IMG/VR virus record: IMGVR_UViG_3300025132_000220
Span: 1 to 27,611 of that record
DNA: 27,611 nucleotides
Reading direction: 5' to 3' (one strand)
Source of the DNA: a virus
Taxonomy: Duplodnaviria > Caudoviricetes
In this document: positions 23,658 to 27,611 of the stretch, piece by piece
Numbering within the stretch: position 1 is the first letter of the stretch
Layout of the letters: every line of letters begins with the position of its first letter
Translations under genes and position numbers: made by a program
Notes under the pieces: generated by a model
Told to the model about the DNA's origin: nothing
Databases searched by the model: none
Seen by the model: only the letters and a program-made list of their open reading frames with translations

Positions 23658-25397
23658 ATGGCTACCTTTTACGATATAGCTAGGAAGACAAGGAATGCCC
23701 TCCCGTATATGCAAAACTATGCGGGCGGCATTGGTTCTGGGATGGCAAGAAACTCTGCGCCAGCGGGAATGGATCAAGGCTTTATCCAGCCAGACTATTA
23801 CACCCCTCCGGGCATGGCTAATAGGACTGTGTTCTTTGAGAACGCTGATCCTCAGATGCAGTACTCAACCTTTGCTGATGCAGTTGCTGCTACTGGAGGC
23901 GACATAGATCAAGAAAGAAAGGTTGCCTACATGAACGCGCAAGAGGCTGAGAAGAGAAGGCAAGCGCAACAAAAGATGGCGTTGGCCTTAATGCAAGAAC
24001 AGCGTCAGCGCGAAAAGAACCGTCAGCTTGCAGTTGGCAGGCAGAATGCGCTCATGGCAGACATAGCTAGGGCAAACAGAACCCAAATGAGTAAGGAAGA
24101 AGACCGGAAAAATGCTTCTATATATAGGGCTGGTCTTCTTGACCCCAAGAATGCAGACAGATATCTGCGTCAATACAAAGGGAACCAAGAGGAAACAGAT
24201 TTGTTCCGTCTGGCTATGGCTGATGCTGCCAAAACAAACACTCAACAAGAGCTTAACAAGAGAAGGATTGAAGGGGGAAATCTGTATAGCCTCATCTCCC
24301 CTTCGGTTCAGTACGGAAACAGGGAAGGGTTCCGTAATTTTAATTTAAAACAAGGAGACCTACCAGAGCAGTATGAAAACGCTTTGCGGCTGCAAGCAGA
24401 TCGGTATGATAATATTGCAGACGACAACGAAAATGTAGCAGCCGCTGGCCTTAAAAGGAGAGGCGAGCTTAAAGCATTAATAGCTAAAGCAAAAGCAGAT
24501 AACAAAAGTGGCGAAGCAGATAAACTTCAAAGAGAGCTAGAAAGGCTGGACTTTGATTACACTGCAAAAGGTTTATGGGGACGTAGTGCAGACAACAACT
24601 TTGTTAACGTGTGGACTGAAGATAAAAGACCTAGATGGAGAGGGAAAATTTTTGAGGGATCAGCAGAGCCAGACCAAAGTTCATTTATAGATTTCAGCAA
24701 CCAAACATCTGAAGCCGAAGTGGCTGCTGAGATTCAAAGGAGAAACGCAGCAAGAGAAGCCGCACAAAGAGAGCAGCTAGAGAGAGATGCGGCCTTCCGG
24801 GCGCGAAGAAGTTCTGAGCAAGTTGAGGCTGAACAGCGCAGAGAGTTTGCTGATCTTCAAAGGCAGCTTGATTACGCAAGAGCTAATCCCTACTCCCCGG
24901 CCACCGAAAGATTCTTTAGGGAAAACCCAGCACGAAGATCAGAGTCTGCTATTCAAATGCCAGATTGGGATGGGGCGGGTATGAGCAGTCCAGAAGTTAA
25001 TCAGCCTAACCCATTAAGCCAGAGTCCTACTGTTACTCCCGCGCCAGTTGTTCCAACTGTACCAGTTCAGCCTCTTGCTGTTCCCGGCCCCAGTACGTTA
25101 CCCGGCGGGCAGTCAATGGCAGATGCACTGAACTTAGCCACCACAATGACGCCGGGGCAGACAGGAGATTCTTTAAGACCAGAGCAAGAGGAATTAATTA
25201 GAAACACTAGGGCAAGAGATTTGATTGGTGTTAGCCCTAGTGAGTTCAGAGGACTTATTATAGGTGAGGCAGCAAACATAGCAGGAGTTTCTGTTGAGCA
25301 GTTAAATGACCCAGCCTTTCAAGCAACACTTAACATGAGAAATTTACTTGAAAGGGCTTCAGCAAAAGTAAGTAGAAATTATTATCAAAAAGACTAG
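23658..25397 (+). CDS. Probable internal virion/ejection protein 2
   Basis: 579 aa, coiled-coil A/Q/R/E-rich, Cys-free, with a Pro-rich linker near the C-terminus. Confidence 0.6.
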   Translation: MATFYDIARKTRNALPYMQNYAGGIGSGMARNSAPAGMDQGFIQPDYYTPPGMANRTVFFENADPQMQYSTFADAVAATGGDIDQERKVAYMNAQEAEKRRQAQQKMALALMQEQRQREKNRQLAVGRQNALMADIARANRTQMSKEEDRKNASIYRAGLLDPKNADRYLRQYKGNQEETDLFRLAMADAAKTNTQQELNKRRIEGGNLYSLISPSVQYGNREGFRNFNLKQGDLPEQYENALRLQADRYDNIADDNENVAAAGLKRRGELKALIAKAKADNKSGEADKLQRELERLDFDYTAKGLWGRSADNNFVNVWTEDKRPRWRGKIFEGSAEPDQSSFIDFSNQTSEAEVAAEIQRRNAAREAAQREQLERDAAFRARRSSEQVEAEQRREFADLQRQLDYARANPYSPATERFFRENPARRSESAIQMPDWDGAGMSSPEVNQPNPLSQSPTVTPAPVVPTVPVQPLAVPGPSTLPGGQSMADALNLATTMTPGQTGDSLRPEQEELIRNTRARDLIGVSPSEFRGLIIGEAANIAGVSVEQLNDPAFQATLNMRNLLERASAKVSRNYYQKD

Positions 25398-27611
25398 TGA
25401 GCTACTTTGACACCTTAACAGATAGTGATTGGTCAAATCTTTACAAGAAGTATGACCCTTTAGATTTCCGCAATGATGAGAGGAGGCGCATATGGGAAGA
25501 GTCTGAAGAGGAAGATTTTCTTGAAAGCTCGCCGTTCCTTAGTGGGTTAGGTGGTGCTTACTCTTCTATTGCTGGAGACAGTGATGAGTTTTCAAACTTT
25601 ATCTGGGAGCCAGAGTTTTACCAAGACTTCCCAACTGCCGATGGCCTCGGTGCTACTCTTCAAAAGACTGCCGCTGATATAGGGTCACTGTACTCAGGTG
25701 CTGGTTTAGCATTAACTGAAAGGCTTAAAGATTTACCGGATTGGATGGTGCTGGATGAGTCTCCAGTTACTGGTGAAACCGTAGATGAAGTGGCAGATAG
25801 GAAGCGTGAAGAATTTCAAGACGCTTTGGTAGAGAGAGATACCTACGCTCAGGTGCTTGGAGATGTAGTTGAAAGCCAGTATGAAACCATGCCCGACCCA
25901 GAAGCTGCTGCTACTGGAGGCATGATTGGAACTGCCTTAGCCCAAGAGCTTCCCTTTCTTCTTACGACAGCAGGAATAGGAAACGTAGCTGCGGCGGCAG
26001 GAAGGCAAGGTGTTAGGTATGGAGCGCAGCGTTTAGGTAGAGAGGTAGGCGAAGAAGCTGTAGAAAGATTAGCTGGCAGAGCAGGAAGAAGGCTTCAGAA
26101 GAAAATGAGTATCGGTTCTATGGCTGGCATACACGGCCTCCGGTCTGGTGCTGGAACTTATGCTTCTGCTTTAGATACCTATGCTGCCGAAAAGGTAGGA
26201 CAACTACGTGAAAACAACCCAGACTTAACAGACGATCAGATATGGGATATAGCATACGCTAACTCAGCAGAAGAAGCCTTACTTCCAGCAACAATTGGAG
26301 GTGCTGCAACGGCGGGCATTGTCGGTTTATTTGGGTTAACTGGTATTGAAGCTTTATTAGCCAACCCTAAAGCCGCACAAAGCATTGGAGGAATAATTAA
26401 AGCTTCACTGAAACAATCTCAGTTTGAAGGGGCTGAAGAAGTTGCAGACTCTATTGCCCAGAGCATTGTCCAGACAGCAACTTACAACCCAGATAAACCT
26501 TGGAAGCAAATAGTTAATGAGGTTGTAACTGCCTATGGTCTTGGGGCTGCAATGGGAGGAACATACACAGGAGTAGGAAGTATTCCCGGCTATGTTGGAA
26601 GAAAGGCGGCTATCCGTAAATCAAACAAAGAGCTACGCAATGAGAGAAGTAAGCAGCGGGAAGAATTTAAGAAATCTGTTGCCACGCAAATAAAGTCTTT
26701 TAGGGAGGCGCAAGGCGAAGAGATCACAGAGGAAGAGGTTGAGCAAATAGCTGAACAAATGGCTGTTGAGATTATAGATAATAACCAAACAGTCCTTGCT
26801 GAAGCCGAAGCCGTTGAAACAGAAGAAGATTTACCAGTAGTATATGACGAAGATTTAGAAACAGAAGAAGACTTAGCGTACCAAGAGTATGAGGAGGCAA
26901 GGCAAGAACGTCAGTCCCAAACAGCAAGGCCAGAAGAGCGTGATATAATTTTTGAAAGGCTTGGGTTCCAGCGTAAAAGAGATGCATACATAGCTGAAGA
27001 ATTAGAAAAACTAAAAGGGCAGATTGTCCCATCTTCTCAGCTAGAAGACGGGATGACTGTTGCTGAATTTCACCAAGCCATAGCAGAGCTAAGAGCAGAC
27101 GAGCGTATAGAAAAAGAAAACAGGCAGGCTGTAGTTACCCAAGAAGATGGCGATGTAGGCATAAGTACAACCCTTCAGCCACAACCAAAAAGTGCAATTA
27201 AAGGCTTGGATGATTTTGAAAAATTATATCGGGCTGATGGTGTTAAGCTAGGAAAACGTGAAACTGAAGAATTAGATGATGGAACTTTTAGGGTAGGTGA
27301 CAAAAGGGAAGAGACTTTTTCTGAAGAAAGGCAAGACGCTAACTGGTTGCAAGTTAAAAGAAAAATTCGCAGAGGAATAGAGGAAGGAAAGTCAGCAGAT
27401 GAGATAGCCCAAGATGTGTATGGTTCTTTTTGGGATTTAACAATCGGGACGACATCAAGGGCAGATGTAAGCAACAGTTTTATAGATGCTATTCAAGCTG
27501 AGATCAACACACAAAAAGATGGTGATGTAGGCATAGGGACAACCACCCCGCCAGCACCACCGCAAGGGCCAAGACCTATCAAGAACAAGACTGTCTACGA
27601 GCTTGGTAAAA
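25397..27611 (+). CDS. Large internal virion/ejection protein 3 (partial, runs off the window)
   Basis: GTG at 25397 overlaps the upstream TAG. Reads MSYFDTLTDSDWSNLYKKYDP... and was open wherever I checked, to the window end (about 738 codons). Gly/Ala-rich hydrophobic helices and an EGAEEVA segment are typical of large ejection proteins. Absent from the ORF track because it has no stop. Confidence 0.75.
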   Translation, partial: MSYFDTLTDSDWSNLYKKYDPLDFRNDERRRIWEESEEEDFLESSPFLSGLGGAYSSIAGDSDEFSNFIWEPEFYQDFPTADGLGATLQKTAADIGSLYSGAGLALTERLKDLPDWMVLDESPVTGETVDEVADRKREEFQDALVERDTYAQVLGDVVESQYETMPDPEAAATGGMIGTALAQELPFLLTTAGIGNVAAAAGRQGVRYGAQRLGREVGEEAVERLAGRAGRRLQKKMSIGSMAGIHGLRSGAGTYASALDTYAAEKVGQLRENNPDLTDDQIWDIAYANSAEEALLPATIGGAATAGIVGLFGLTGIEALLANPKAAQSIGGIIKASLKQSQFEGAEEVADSIAQSIVQTATYNPDKPWKQIVNEVVTAYGLGAAMGGTYTGVGSIPGYVGRKAAIRKSNKELRNERSKQREEFKKSVATQIKSFREAQGEEITEEEVEQIAEQMAVEIIDNNQTVLAEAEAVETEEDLPVVYDEDLETEEDLAYQEYEEARQERQSQTARPEERDIIFERLGFQRKRDAYIAEELEKLKGQIVPSSQLEDGMTVAEFHQAIAELRADERIEKENRQAVVTQEDGDVGISTTLQPQPKSAIKGLDDFEKLYRADGVKLGKRETEELDDGTFRVGDKREETFSEERQDANWLQVKRKIRRGIEEGKSADEIAQDVYGSFWDLTIGTTSRADVSNSFIDAIQAEINTQKDGDVGIGTTTPPAPPQGPRPIKNKTVYELGK
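27137..27544 (+). repeat. Imperfect 36-nt direct repeat 372 nt apart (TQEDGDVGISTT / TQKDGDVGIGTT)
   Basis: acccaagaagatggcgatgtaggcataagtacaacc at 27137-27172 and acacaaaaagatggtgatgtaggcatagggacaacc at 27509-27544. Confidence 0.7.

Noticed and set aside
341-27474. Other short antisense and alternative-frame ORFs in the track (e.g. 341-640, 4279-4659, 6075-6407, 16621-16965, 27175-27474)
   Set aside because: They overlap well-supported longer genes and show no motifs, start context or coupling.
1-27611. Stop-codon reassignment
   Set aside because: Long genes are intact in the standard code, and TAA, TGA and TAG all occur at coherent gene ends.
1-27611. CRISPR array, tRNA/rRNA, integrase, transposase, DGR or intron/intein
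   Set aside because: I saw no regularly spaced repeats, cloverleaf, recombinase/RT motifs or intein signatures by eye. A covariance-model search would be needed to exclude small RNAs.

Overview
This is a 27.6-kb segment of a tailed dsDNA phage, probably podovirus-like: I see no tail tube, sheath or tape measure, but there is a nozzle-like gene followed by ejection-type genes. The host is probably diderm, because a nested spanin pair is present. The left end holds small basic proteins and a lysis-type cassette (two holin-like ORFs, a secreted protein, nested spanins). Next comes an inverted terminase large subunit with deviant Walker A/B motifs, then a + strand morphogenesis module: portal, scaffold and a large major capsid protein. 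After the capsid gene come a head-tail-adaptor-like protein fused to an intact purple-acid-phosphatase-type domain, an Ig-vWA protein, a GT-A glycosyltransferase, two fibre/spike proteins with paralogous N-termini, a nozzle-like protein, two proteins with paralogous C-termini and three probable ejection proteins. The most notable signals are the enzyme/adhesin block in the neck region, a 15-bp palindrome (ATACTGTGACAGTAT) next to start codons at three distant sites, a possible -1 frameshift after the capsid gene, and apparently leaderless promoters. All calls come from motifs, composition and gene order read by eye. No database searches were run.
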